A stretch of DNA of 57,865 nt from a virus (taxonomy: Duplodnaviria; Caudoviricetes): IMG/VR virus record IMGVR_UViG_3300024999_000121, positions 1 through 57,865 of that record, one strand, 5' to 3'. Position numbers and translations under genes: made by a program. Positions 9,427 to 18,624 of the stretch are shown piece by piece (position 1 is the first letter of the stretch; the number at the start of each line of letters is the position of its first letter). The notes beneath the pieces were generated by a model. The model saw only the letters and a list, made by a program, of their open reading frames with translations, did not search any database and was not told the DNA's origin.

Positions 9427-12288
9427 GTGGCTTGGTTAAGCAATAGCACTCAATCGAAAACGAAATGGCTAAAGGACCCCGGATCTCTCCTGGAAGAAGA
9501 TGATTTTTCAACTGCTCAGAAATCCATGAGGACAGAGGTTAATAACAAAACCTCTGCACTGAGGTCAAGATCGTTGCCTGTGCCCGGGGAATCTGACGAT
9601 CGCAATTGGCTTGAGCGAAAGCTCAACACACCACAAGATACTGGGCTGCTCGGTGATGTCTTAGATGTTATTTCGCGCGGTCAGTATGCTTCGGCTAATG
9701 TGGCTAAAACATTGACTGATAGTAAAGATGATTCAATGGGAGATGTCGCAAGCTCTGCATACCGAGGACTAAGTGGGGAAGATAAAACTTCATACAGGGA
9801 TGTGTTGGAGCAATCGGGGATGGAGCGCGGTAAGCTACGCTCTGTATTGGGATTCGCTGGCGATACCTTACTCGACCCAACCACCTACCTAACTCTTGGG
9901 GTTGGCGCAGGGGCTAAGATTGGGGGCAAGGTGGCCGCTAAAGGATTAGGGAAGGTTATTCCCAAGGCACTAGGAAAAGAGGCCGTAGATCGCGGTGGAT
10001 TGAAGTTCATGGGAGCATCCCTTATCCCGGGTAGCGTCATCGAATCGGGGGCAGAAAAGATTGGCTTGAATAAAGTGGGTAACTTGCTCAGGGATTCTAA
10101 ACCAGTTCAAGTATTAGGCAAGGCTCTTGTGCCGAATTTCAGAGAAGCAGGAATGGATAAGGCGGCATGGGATGCGTTTGTCGATACAAAGAAAGGTTAT
10201 CAAAATTCCCTATCCTATGCTCAGAATAAGGCCGTGGATGACGCTATCAGTATGGCTGAGGGATTTACACCAGCAGAGAGAACTACAGCCTCACATGCCG
10301 TTCAGCACCCCTCTATGTACACAGGGGCAAGTGATAGAGTGAAGGAACTTGCCGACATGGCAAGCAAGTCGCTCAACGCTTCTGCGACAGAAGAGGTTGG
10401 GCTAGGATTACTAAAAACCCCAAGAGCTAACTACTTGCCGGGGATATATCCCGATAAAGAGAAGAAGTTCCTCGGGGGGATAATAAATAACCCGGGTATA
10501 AAAGCATCAATCGGAGGCCACGGAAAAGCTAAAACATATGACACCTTGGCGCAAGCTCAAAACGCAGGACTAAAACCGGAAACGGATATCGCTAAACTAG
10601 TTGGTTCTCGTCAAGTTGTATCGGCGCGAGCTGTCGAAACACAGAAATTTATCAACGAAACCTTAGAAAAGTATGGAACAAAGATTAATGCCAAGAATAT
10701 TGACAAGATTGATCCGAGTATGGGGGTTTATCTACCCAAGGGAAGTCTTGCCTTTTTCCCTGCCGGTACTGTCCCTGATGAGTTCTTGGAATTAGTTAAG
10801 GGTATGGGTAAGGAAGAAATGATCGAAGTCCCTGCCGGGGCAATCAGAAGTGGTATGCTTGTTTCGAAGAATGTCCCGGTATATGCCCTGCCTAAACAAA
10901 TAGCCGGGGAGCTAAACAATTTCAAGGCTTCGCAATCTGACGAGGGTAGCAAGGGTATACTGGGAGCATATGACAAAGCTTTAAATTTATGGAAGGGGTA
11001 TGCCACGGCCGTTAACCCTGGGTTCCATATTCGCAATGCTCAATCCAACGCCTTTCAGACCGCATTAAACAGTGGTAAGGAATTACTTAATTCTATGAAC
11101 CACGTTAGGGCATTAGGCGTAAACGCAACCGATCTACCCCTTATCGGAAAGAAGGTATCTGACAAAACGATTGATGTCGGCGGAAAAAAGATGACTCTCG
11201 CTAAAACTAAAGAGTTGATGAAGAAAGAAGGAGTCATTGGTTCGGGGTGGTTCGGCTCGGATATACCCGGATACATCGAAAAGAAACTTGATGCAGGGAT
11301 AAAAGGTAATCTATCCCCTCAACTTCTGAATCCATTATCTCAAAATAACGCATTAATTAAAGCAGGAAGAACCGTAGGTACTGGGGTAGAGAATCAGGCC
11401 CGGGCATTCAACTTCCTTTCTGAACTAAGGAAAACTGGTGACGTAAAGCAATCCGCAAAGACTGTAGATAAAACACTCTTCGATTATAGGGATGTTACGC
11501 CTTTTGAGAAGAATGTCCTAAAGAGAACAGTTCCCTTCTATACATGGTTGCGGAAAAACGTCCCGCTACAGGCTGAGAACTTAATCAGGACTCCTGGTAA
11601 ATATGCGGCAACTCAAAAGGCACTCAACGGGGTTAGGGATCTCTCTGAACCTGTTAACGAAAAGAATATGCCCGAGTATATGGACAATCCAAATTGGGTC
11701 AAGACCCCACTTGAACAGGGTGGAAATCCTATGTACTGGAATGCTAATCTACCGATCGGAGACTTGGAGAAGTTGAATCCTGCTCAAATCGGAAAAACTG
11801 CACTTAGTTCGTTATCCCCGTTACTCAAGGCCCCGCTAGAACTAGGATTCAATCAGAATACTTTCTTTGGTGATAAGATCGAGAAATATCCCGGAGAAAT
11901 GAAAAAGGCACCCGGGTATGTTCCTGACCTACCGGATGCCGTTGTTAAGCTATTGGGCGCACAATACGGAGTAAGCAAAGAGGGAGTAGAGGAATTACAG
12001 GTCCCGGCAGGCGTTAGGTATATGATGTCGCAAGTTCCTTTTATGGAGAATGTATCTAAGTCTCTTGATCTAAAAGGTGATAAGAAGTTCAACCAGCTAC
12101 TCACCTTCTTGATGGGGGCGAAAATAACTCCATTCGACGCAAAGAAAGCAGAGATGAATGCGCTATATGACCAAAGGGATGCACTTCGGGCAGCGTTTGA
12201 TAAATACCAAACTCAAGGGTTGCTGGAATCTGATGAAGAATTAGCTAAGGCTAAGAAGAAAAAAAAGGGAACGAGTTGGCTAAAATAA
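9427..12288 (+). CDS. large DNA ejection protein (LPD38-like C-terminus)
   Basis: 953 aa; LDPTTYL, NPGFHIRN, FDYRD...PFYTWLRKN, LSPLLKAPLEL motifs seen in podovirus large ejection proteins. Confidence 0.65.
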   Translation: MAWLSNSTQSKTKWLKDPGSLLEEDDFSTAQKSMRTEVNNKTSALRSRSLPVPGESDDRNWLERKLNTPQDTGLLGDVLDVISRGQYASANVAKTLTDSKDDSMGDVASSAYRGLSGEDKTSYRDVLEQSGMERGKLRSVLGFAGDTLLDPTTYLTLGVGAGAKIGGKVAAKGLGKVIPKALGKEAVDRGGLKFMGASLIPGSVIESGAEKIGLNKVGNLLRDSKPVQVLGKALVPNFREAGMDKAAWDAFVDTKKGYQNSLSYAQNKAVDDAISMAEGFTPAERTTASHAVQHPSMYTGASDRVKELADMASKSLNASATEEVGLGLLKTPRANYLPGIYPDKEKKFLGGIINNPGIKASIGGHGKAKTYDTLAQAQNAGLKPETDIAKLVGSRQVVSARAVETQKFINETLEKYGTKINAKNIDKIDPSMGVYLPKGSLAFFPAGTVPDEFLELVKGMGKEEMIEVPAGAIRSGMLVSKNVPVYALPKQIAGELNNFKASQSDEGSKGILGAYDKALNLWKGYATAVNPGFHIRNAQSNAFQTALNSGKELLNSMNHVRALGVNATDLPLIGKKVSDKTIDVGGKKMTLAKTKELMKKEGVIGSGWFGSDIPGYIEKKLDAGIKGNLSPQLLNPLSQNNALIKAGRTVGTGVENQARAFNFLSELRKTGDVKQSAKTVDKTLFDYRDVTPFEKNVLKRTVPFYTWLRKNVPLQAENLIRTPGKYAATQKALNGVRDLSEPVNEKNMPEYMDNPNWVKTPLEQGGNPMYWNANLPIGDLEKLNPAQIGKTALSSLSPLLKAPLELGFNQNTFFGDKIEKYPGEMKKAPGYVPDLPDAVVKLLGAQYGVSKEGVEELQVPAGVRYMMSQVPFMENVSKSLDLKGDKKFNQLLTFLMGAKITPFDAKKAEMNALYDQRDALRAAFDKYQTQGLLESDEELAKAKKKKKGTSWLK

Positions 12289-12302
12289 AGGCAAGGAGCA
12301 TT

Positions 12303-12527
12303 TTACTCCTTGCTTCTTTCTAGGCTATATTGAGCATTGTCTAAAATTGTTTTTGCGTACTCGATTTGTTTTTTATCGGATGAACTTAGTAATTGCCTTG
12401 CTTCAACGATCGAGCCCCTTAGATTTCCGATGTCCTTCAGATAGCCTTGGATAACCTTGTATCCTATTCCGCAATAGAAAATAGTCATTACGACAATCGT
12501 GGTAAAGATTGCTTCTGACTTTTTCAA
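12303..12527 (-). CDS. small membrane protein (moron)
   Basis: 74 aa, N-terminal hydrophobic helix, RBS AAGGAGTG, convergent hairpin at ~12288-12315. Confidence 0.65.
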   Translation of the reverse strand: MKKSEAIFTTIVVMTIFYCGIGYKVIQGYLKDIGNLRGSIVEARQLLSSSDKKQIEYAKTILDNAQYSLERSKE

Positions 12528-12680
12528 TTAGCATCACTCCTTAATTTGTATCCTGTTAAATAAACACAAGCACAGAACAATACCACAACAATACTCTATC
12601 ATAATACTAAGTCTATTATCTAACAACTCACCCTAATATAAAAGAGCAGGGTCAATTCCCTGCTCTATCTTTATGCTCTT

Positions 12681-13397
12681 TTATGGAACCAAACTTAACG
12701 CCTGTAGTTGAGCTATTGCCACATCATCCTTTAACGATCCGTGTAGAACCTGCGTTGCGATACTGTTGTACTGTTTTGCTTTTAAACCTAACCCCGGGCC
12801 CTGCATGATCATCCCTTGAACTATTCGTTTAAATGTAGCATTTGATTCATACTTCAGCTTATGAATCTGCAACTCGATAATTAGGTTGCTGATTCTAGCG
12901 TTGATGGTTAACGTCGACCCAACAGGAGCCACAATCTCTTGCGCTCTCATGGCTGCAATTTGATCCGACTTACTAGGTTTCAATGTTGTTGCCTTAACTT
13001 TTTTAGTAAAAGAAGACATGTAGCCATCCTTTACGGAACAGACCATAAAGTACATCGTAGTGCTAGGTTGTATGCCATAGGCATTAGCTGAATAATCTCC
13101 ATTCCATGCAAAATCATTTGTGCCGTCCGAGTTGGTGAGCAGAGTGAAGGCCCCGTCCTTGTCGTAACAATGATAAACTAGGTAGTAATCCGCGCCCACA
13201 ACCTTACTCCATCCTATCTTTATCTGACTACTAGATACGGCTTTTGCCTTTACCGTTTTTGGTGCTTTAGTGTCTACTAATTCAATCCGAGGTGAATTAG
13301 TTTGCGTTGTATTCACTGGTATTTCTCCTGCCATAACGGGCAACGTAAGCACTACGACCATCATTATAGCCAAGACCACCGATTTAATTTTTTTCAT
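12681..13397 (-). CDS. secreted protein with fibronectin type III domain
   Basis: Signal peptide; AP..VKAKAVSSSQIKIGWSKVVGADYY...TTMYFMV FN3 pattern; C-terminal domain paralogous to next gene. Confidence 0.75.
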   Translation of the reverse strand: MKKIKSVVLAIMMVVVLTLPVMAGEIPVNTTQTNSPRIELVDTKAPKTVKAKAVSSSQIKIGWSKVVGADYYLVYHCYDKDGAFTLLTNSDGTNDFAWNGDYSANAYGIQPSTTMYFMVCSVKDGYMSSFTKKVKATTLKPSKSDQIAAMRAQEIVAPVGSTLTINARISNLIIELQIHKLKYESNATFKRIVQGMIMQGPGLGLKAKQYNSIATQVLHGSLKDDVAIAQLQALSLVP

Positions 13398-13415
13398 TCC
13401 TTCACCTCTTTCCCC

Positions 13416-13793
13416 CTATTGAACCAAGCTCAATGCCTGCAATTGGTCTATAGCCTCGTCGTCGGTCATAAATCCATACGAGGACATGAGTGCTATGCAA
13501 TTAAATCTCCTAGCCTTTAGGGTTAGCGTGTCGCCATCCGAAAACATTAAGCCTTGGGCTATTTGGGCGAATGTAGAATCCGACTCAACCTTCAACTTGT
13601 GTATTTGCAACTCGGTGGTCAGGTTAAATATCCTAGCGTCAAGGGTGATCATGCCAAACATTTCAAGAGAACGTACATCGGCAATTTCTTGGGCCATAGT
13701 GGCAGCATCAGTTGTCTCTTCTGCTAATACGGGTAACGTGAACATTAGGGTTAGCGTCATGGCTAATATCAACGACTTGATTAATTTTTTCAT
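13416..13793 (-). CDS. secreted helical protein, paralogue of the C-terminal domain of 12681..13397
   Basis: Signal peptide; shared ARI.NL..ELQIHKLK.ES..TF...LQALSLV. Confidence 0.75.
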   Translation of the reverse strand: MKKLIKSLILAMTLTLMFTLPVLAEETTDAATMAQEIADVRSLEMFGMITLDARIFNLTTELQIHKLKVESDSTFAQIAQGLMFSDGDTLTLKARRFNCIALMSSYGFMTDDEAIDQLQALSLVQ

Positions 13794-13928
13794 TTTCTTC
13801 CCCCTCTAAATTTTCCCACCATCATACCACGTTACTTCTGCGAAATTTAACGTAAAATGGAACAAGGAATAAAATTACTTTACAGCAATTGTCTTTATGT
13901 AAAGTGATATTCGTGGTACACTATTAAA

Positions 13929-14066
13929 ACTAAGGCTTGGCTAGACTGATCATCTAGCGACAGACGCCCCTTGTCCGGGCGGCCTTAGTATACGGACAAA
14001 TCCCAATGACAAGGGGTGCTAACGTTGCACCTAAGAAGACAGGTATCGTAATGATGCCTGTCTTTT
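13929..14066 (+). ncRNA. three-way-junction leader RNA (c4/CI-antisense-like) with terminator
   Basis: P1 ACTAAGGC/GCCTTAGT enclosing two hairpins; loop-complementary sites downstream; terminator 14036-14066; TGnTACACT -10 upstream. Confidence 0.5.
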
Positions 14067-14091
14067 CCTATTCCCATCTAGGAGGTGCAAA

Positions 14092-14508
14092 ATGTGGTCA
14101 AAACTTACTTACTTCCTCAAAGAAAAAGAACAAACTCCACTCGATAACCATAACGAAAGCACTCGTTCATGGTCCAAGGGTTACCGAAAGGCCTTTACTG
14201 AAACATGCGAATTCGTATCAAAGATAAAACAGAGAGATAACAAGCCTCTAATTATCGGCATACTCACGGTAACCCTCATGCTCTCTGCTCTCCTTGTTCT
14301 CTACATCCGGGATGCTCCGGCCAAGATAGACGTCAACTCTGCAAGTGTACAGGCATTGGAGTCTCTACCAGACATTGGACCTGTATTGGCCGAGAGGATT
14401 ATTGATGGTAGACCATATCATGATATCGAGGAATTAGATCGGGTAAAGGGTATCGGCCCAGCGACCATTGATGCGATTAAGGATAAGGCGACAGCGAAGG
14501 AGTGGTAA
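14092..14508 (+). CDS. ComEA-like helix-hairpin-helix DNA-binding membrane protein
   Basis: TM helix then KIDVNSAS...LPDIGPVLAERII...VKGIGPAT. Confidence 0.85.
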   Translation: MWSKLTYFLKEKEQTPLDNHNESTRSWSKGYRKAFTETCEFVSKIKQRDNKPLIIGILTVTLMLSALLVLYIRDAPAKIDVNSASVQALESLPDIGPVLAERIIDGRPYHDIEELDRVKGIGPATIDAIKDKATAKEW

Positions 14509-14738
14509 ACGTGGAGAGCTTAATAAAGTATGGAATTGACAATAACATCATTTTTCTATCCCTCTTCGTAATGTCAATAGGCGGGTTATCCTGGCTTATA
14601 AAATGGATACTCCATACCAACGATGAAAGAGAAGGACGATATATCACAACAATTGAGAAGTTATCAGATAACCTTGAGGTTGTTAATGACGTTCGTACTT
14701 CTGTAGAAAGAATCGAGCGAAAACTAGAATCAAGATAG
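14502..14738 (+). CDS. BhlA/UviB-like holin
   Basis: 78 aa, one TM helix then EREGRY...coiled coil; before endolysin. Confidence 0.7.
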   Translation: MVNVESLIKYGIDNNIIFLSLFVMSIGGLSWLIKWILHTNDEREGRYITTIEKLSDNLEVVNDVRTSVERIERKLESR

Positions 14739-14754
14739 AAAGGGATGGTTAATC

Positions 14755-14802
14755 ATGGCTTACCAAATATCAGAACAACTACTTAAGCTTAATCGTCCGG
14801 GT
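14755..14802 (+). pseudogene. stranded N-terminus of endolysin
   Basis: MAYQISEQLLKLNRPG matches start of amidase MPYKMSEQLIKYNR at 15997. Confidence 0.65.
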
Positions 14803-14806
14803 AGTA

Positions 14807-14941
14807 TTAGCCATTCTCCAACAATTTCAAGATGTATGTCTCTAATATTTCTTGAACACTTGTTTTGTGCTTAATAGCGTAGATCAGTAGTTGCTGAGAT
14901 ACTTCTTCATCCAGCCTGAATGCAATTTGTTTCTTAGCCAT
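14807..14941 (-). CDS. ribbon-helix-helix repressor (44 aa)
   Basis: MAKKQIAFRLDEEVSQQLLIYAIKHKTSVQEILETYI; RBS AGGAGG. Confidence 0.75.
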   Translation of the reverse strand: MAKKQIAFRLDEEVSQQLLIYAIKHKTSVQEILETYILKLLENG

Positions 14942-15017
14942 AAGTGTATGCCTCCTTGCTATTTATATGATATCATGATATAATGACATCATAACATATA
15001 AGGGGGGAAAAAGCAAT

Positions 15018-15962
15018 TTGGGCGGTAAAAAGAAAAAGACACACGAAGAATTTGTGAAAGAAGTATATAGCCTAGCTGGTGATGGATATACAGTGTTGGG
15101 GCAATATATTAACACAACCACAAAAGTATTAATACGACATAATACATGTGGATCTGAATATCTAGTTTTTCCCAGAAGTGTATTCCGTGGTAGTGGATGT
15201 ATGAAATGTTTCGGCAACATAAAGAAAACAACACAGCAGGTTAGGGGAATTATACAGGATCTTGTTGGTTCTGAATATTCACTAATTGGCGAATATTCAG
15301 GGGCTAATGAAAAGATGGAGTTCATACACAATGCCTGCATGAAAAACTTTTTCATGTCTTATGGTGCTTTTGTGAATCACAACCATAGATGCCCAAACTG
15401 TATGAAAAACAAGACTATTAGCGATACTGAATTTACTGAACGCGTTCTTGAATTGGGTAATGGGGAGTATACTGTTTTGGGCAAATTCGTAAATACAAAA
15501 ACAAAAGTTAAGGTAAAACACGTCATAAAGGGATGCGGATACGAATGGAGTGTATTACCTGATTCGTTTTTAAATAAGCAAAGCAGGTGTCCAAAGTGTA
15601 ATGAATCTAAGGGCGAAAGAAGGATCCATGAAATATTAACCAGCAAAGGCATGCCATATAATGAACAGCACGTCTTCGCTGGTTTAGTGGGGGTTGGTGG
15701 TGGATTACTAAAATTTGACGCTTCAGTATTTAAGGATAAGGAAAAGCGCACTTTGTGGTTTTTGATTGAATTTGATGGCATACAACATCTTAGATGGGTT
15801 AAAGGATTTTATACAGAAGAAAACTTTATCAAGCTTCAGTATCACGATAAATTAAAAGATAATTACTGCTTAAAGTACGGCATCCCCCTTCTACGCATAT
15901 CATATCAAGCGTCAAATACCATAGAGGAAACACTTACTAAATTTATTAAGGAACTGTCCTAG
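15018..15962 (+). CDS. free-standing homing-type endonuclease (Zn-ribbon repeats + PD-(D/E)XK/Vsr-like domain)
   Basis: Three H..C...CP.C repeats; SKGE, LKFD, IEFDGIQH, KDNYC..YGIPLLRI. Confidence 0.8.
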   Translation: MGGKKKKTHEEFVKEVYSLAGDGYTVLGQYINTTTKVLIRHNTCGSEYLVFPRSVFRGSGCMKCFGNIKKTTQQVRGIIQDLVGSEYSLIGEYSGANEKMEFIHNACMKNFFMSYGAFVNHNHRCPNCMKNKTISDTEFTERVLELGNGEYTVLGKFVNTKTKVKVKHVIKGCGYEWSVLPDSFLNKQSRCPKCNESKGERRIHEILTSKGMPYNEQHVFAGLVGVGGGLLKFDASVFKDKEKRTLWFLIEFDGIQHLRWVKGFYTEENFIKLQYHDKLKDNYCLKYGIPLLRISYQASNTIEETLTKFIKELS

Positions 15963-15996
15963 GGAGACGGTTCTTTTTTATATGGAGGATGAATTA

Positions 15997-16626
15997 ATGC
16001 CTTACAAAATGTCAGAACAGCTAATCAAGTATAATAGATCATATCAAAGGCTAAACCCTGTTGGTTACGTCATCCATAGCACAGGTAACCCTAATGATAC
16101 CGTGCAGGGAGAGCGTGATTATTTTAATAGCGGCGACCGTCAAGCTTCCGTTCATTACTTTGTGGGGGCCAACACTATAATCAGATGTATTCCTGAAAAT
16201 GAAGTAGCCTGGGGATGCGGCCCGACAGGCAACCATCGTTATCTACAGGTCGAAATGTGCGAAGGTGAATCGTTCGACGAAGTTTGGGAAAACACGGTTT
16301 CTCTTGTCGCTGAGGCGTGCGTTCGGTATGGTTGGTATACTGGCCCTAATGTGTATTCTCATCGTGGTATATCGCAAATGTGGCACGAGACAAATCACGT
16401 GGATCCTATTGAGTTCTTAGCCAAACATGGCAAAACGTGGGATGATTTGTTAAATGCTATTGATGCGGAGATGAAGAGGATTAAGGATGGAGTTGGCAGT
16501 GTGGCAGAGGCTAAGCCGGACAAGGACGGGTACCTGCTGGTGCGTGTTCTAGATTCAAAATCGGCAGAAGTTCAAGCACAGATCATCAAAATGGGTTATG
16601 CGTGCAAGCCTATTATTCTTCCGTAG
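15997..16626 (+). CDS. endolysin, N-acetylmuramoyl-L-alanine amidase (Amidase_2)
   Basis: VIHST, ASVHYFV, VAW, VEMC, SH, HVDP motifs. Confidence 0.9.
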   Translation: MPYKMSEQLIKYNRSYQRLNPVGYVIHSTGNPNDTVQGERDYFNSGDRQASVHYFVGANTIIRCIPENEVAWGCGPTGNHRYLQVEMCEGESFDEVWENTVSLVAEACVRYGWYTGPNVYSHRGISQMWHETNHVDPIEFLAKHGKTWDDLLNAIDAEMKRIKDGVGSVAEAKPDKDGYLLVRVLDSKSAEVQAQIIKMGYACKPIILP

Positions 16627-16680
16627 AAAAAGTATACCTTGGTATACCTGTAAACTTTTAGTATACCGTTAAGGAAAGGA

Positions 16681-16887
16681 ATGAATCCCATGCGAGAAAA
16701 AGCCACAATCATAGCCATAGGGGGAGTCGTGCTTATTATACTATCCCTCATTGCCTCATCAGGAGTCACTAAGCAGCCTGTGGACTCCGAACTAATCAAG
16801 ATGGCAGTATCGGGCCTTGTTGGGTTCGCAGGAGGTATTGGGGGCACGGTAGCGGTCACAGCATTAAATGCAGGCAAAACAGAATAG
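16681..16887 (+). CDS. small two-TM protein (holin-like)
   Basis: 68 aa, two hydrophobic segments, after endolysin. Confidence 0.6.
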   Translation: MNPMREKATIIAIGGVVLIILSLIASSGVTKQPVDSELIKMAVSGLVGFAGGIGGTVAVTALNAGKTE

Positions 16888-16911
16888 ACCATTCTTCCCA
16901 TGTGGGAAATA

Positions 16912-17025
16912 TGGTATAATAAACTCATTAGAAAAAGAGAAATCTTTTGCGGAGCGAAATTGTGGGCATACCATAAGGACGCTCTATTTTTACTTGCCTC
17001 TCCTTAGCTGGAGGGGCTTATTTTT
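16912..17025 (+). ncRNA. candidate ~100-nt small RNA
   Basis: TGnTATAAT promoter, internal stem GAGCG/CGCTC, terminator GCCTCTCC/GGAGGGGC + T tract, no convincing ORF. Confidence 0.35.
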
Positions 17026-17061
17026 ATGTCCAAATATCGTAAATTCCCCATAATATAGGGT

Positions 17062-17090
17062 TGGACTATTATCGTAATAGGTTGTATGAT
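17062..17090 (+). promoter_or_regulatory. sigma-A promoter with palindromic operator
   Basis: TGGACT-17-TATGAT; CTATTA-tcg-TAATAG palindrome overlapping spacer. Confidence 0.55.
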
Positions 17091-17112
17091 TGTTTGCATA
17101 GGAGGTGTTTAA

Positions 17113-17301
17113 GTGAATAGCAATATTAAGTTTTCCCCTGAACAATTAGTATCCACTACTCAAATTCTGAGGAACTTTTCCCATAACTTCGAGAAGGCGT
17201 CTAATCAACCTCTATTTATTCAAAGGAATCAAGAAATCGAGTGGGTTCTACTAAGCCTAACGGAATACGAAAGACTGATAAACGAAAGGAAGAAAAAATA
17301 A
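17113..17301 (+). CDS. Phd/YefM-like antitoxin-family DNA-binding protein
   Basis: VSTTQILRNFS...PLFIQRN...VLLSLTEYE pattern. Confidence 0.7.
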   Translation: MNSNIKFSPEQLVSTTQILRNFSHNFEKASNQPLFIQRNQEIEWVLLSLTEYERLINERKKK

Positions 17302-17304
17302 AGC

Positions 17305-18624
17305 ATGGCTATAGCATCAAGAGATTCGCCGACGAATGACAACTGGGCTTACTACGAACATCTATTTGATGCTACAACGGATGGTTACATATCATTCGTG
17401 GAAATCAATAATAAATCAGGCGAAAAATTTGTTAGGTCATATAGCACTAATTTGAAATCACTAAGATCAATTGCAACAGCAACAGAGGGCAGAGAAGATA
17501 CCTATGTTAGTCCGAACACATACTTTATGCCTAGACGTTCAGTAAGCAACATTAGACAATATAGGTGCTTATTTATCGACTTGGATATAGAAAAGTACGG
17601 AAAGCATAGCAAGGAAGAAACATTCAAGGAAATACTAGAATTAGTTACTAGTGGTCGTATTCCAATGCCGAGTATGATGACGGACAGTGGCAGAGGGTTT
17701 CACCTGTACTTCAGAGTCAAAAACGCACCAAGGCAAGCGCTTCAAACATTTCAAGAGTTAGAAGATTATCTGTACTATCAACTGAAGGACTTAGGAGCCG
17801 ATCTGAGCGCGACAGATAGCGCGAGAGTACTTAGAATACCCGGAACTATAAATAGTCGCAACAGAGAAGTTTGTAGCATCATATACCAAAACAACGACAC
17901 AGAATATACGATGTACGATTTGAGAGAACATTATCTTAATTACGAAGAGAACAAACGGAATTGGGCTAAGAAAAAAGAGTTCAAGCCTAAGAAAGTTTGC
18001 ATAGTTCGTAATCTATTTAACTCCTATAGCCTTCATATGGGCAGAGTTGATGATGTACAGGCAATATGCAAGCTAAGGAATTATGATGTTGAGGGTTACA
18101 GAAACTTTGTCCTCCATTGCTTTAGTTACTGGAAGGGAATCTATATTAGAGATACGGAACAACTTCTAAGGGAAACTATGGAGTTCAATGGAAAGTTCAA
18201 AAATCCGTTATCCGATAGTGAAGTAAGGATAATATGTAAATCAGTAAAGAAGGCTATCGAAAAGTTTATCGACTACGAACAAGGTATACGAAGCGGATTA
18301 GTCAAACGAGTTACTAAGGGCATGAGGGATAAGCCGGGTTACTGGTATACAAACGCTTATCTGCTCAAGAAGCTAGATATTACGGATACGGAACAGGAAA
18401 AACTCAAAACGATTATTGACGCTTCAGAAAAGTATCGTAGGAAAAAAATTAGAAGAGATGCTAATCGAAGAAATGAAAATGGATTAACCGTGAGACAGCA
18501 AGCAAAACAAGACAAAATAAGGGAAGTCAAGGAACTTTATGAAAACGGTTCAACGCAATCTGAAATAGTTAAGGCGTTGAAAATAACCAAAGGGACTGTT
18601 TCTAAATATATCAGTTATGAATAG
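17305..18624 (+). CDS. plasmid-type replication protein (pIP404/pAMbeta1-like, primase-fold with C-terminal HTH)
   Basis: DTYVSPN, LFIDLD, SGRGFHLY, DSARVLRIPGTINS motifs; C-terminal HTH. Confidence 0.8.
   Translation: MAIASRDSPTNDNWAYYEHLFDATTDGYISFVEINNKSGEKFVRSYSTNLKSLRSIATATEGREDTYVSPNTYFMPRRSVSNIRQYRCLFIDLDIEKYGKHSKEETFKEILELVTSGRIPMPSMMTDSGRGFHLYFRVKNAPRQALQTFQELEDYLYYQLKDLGADLSATDSARVLRIPGTINSRNREVCSIIYQNNDTEYTMYDLREHYLNYEENKRNWAKKKEFKPKKVCIVRNLFNSYSLHMGRVDDVQAICKLRNYDVEGYRNFVLHCFSYWKGIYIRDTEQLLRETMEFNGKFKNPLSDSEVRIICKSVKKAIEKFIDYEQGIRSGLVKRVTKGMRDKPGYWYTNAYLLKKLDITDTEQEKLKTIIDASEKYRRKKIRRDANRRNENGLTVRQQAKQDKIREVKELYENGSTQSEIVKALKITKGTVSKYISYE

Noticed and set aside
13940-13965. Hammerhead ribozyme
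   Set aside because: CTGATCA sits in a hairpin loop; the CUGANGA/GAAA core is absent
14803-15996. Group I intron in the endolysin
   Set aside because: Space is filled by two ORFs and a terminator; the downstream amidase has its own RBS and start
17113-17301. Complete type II toxin-antitoxin pair
   Set aside because: Neighbour is a Rep protein; no toxin recognised
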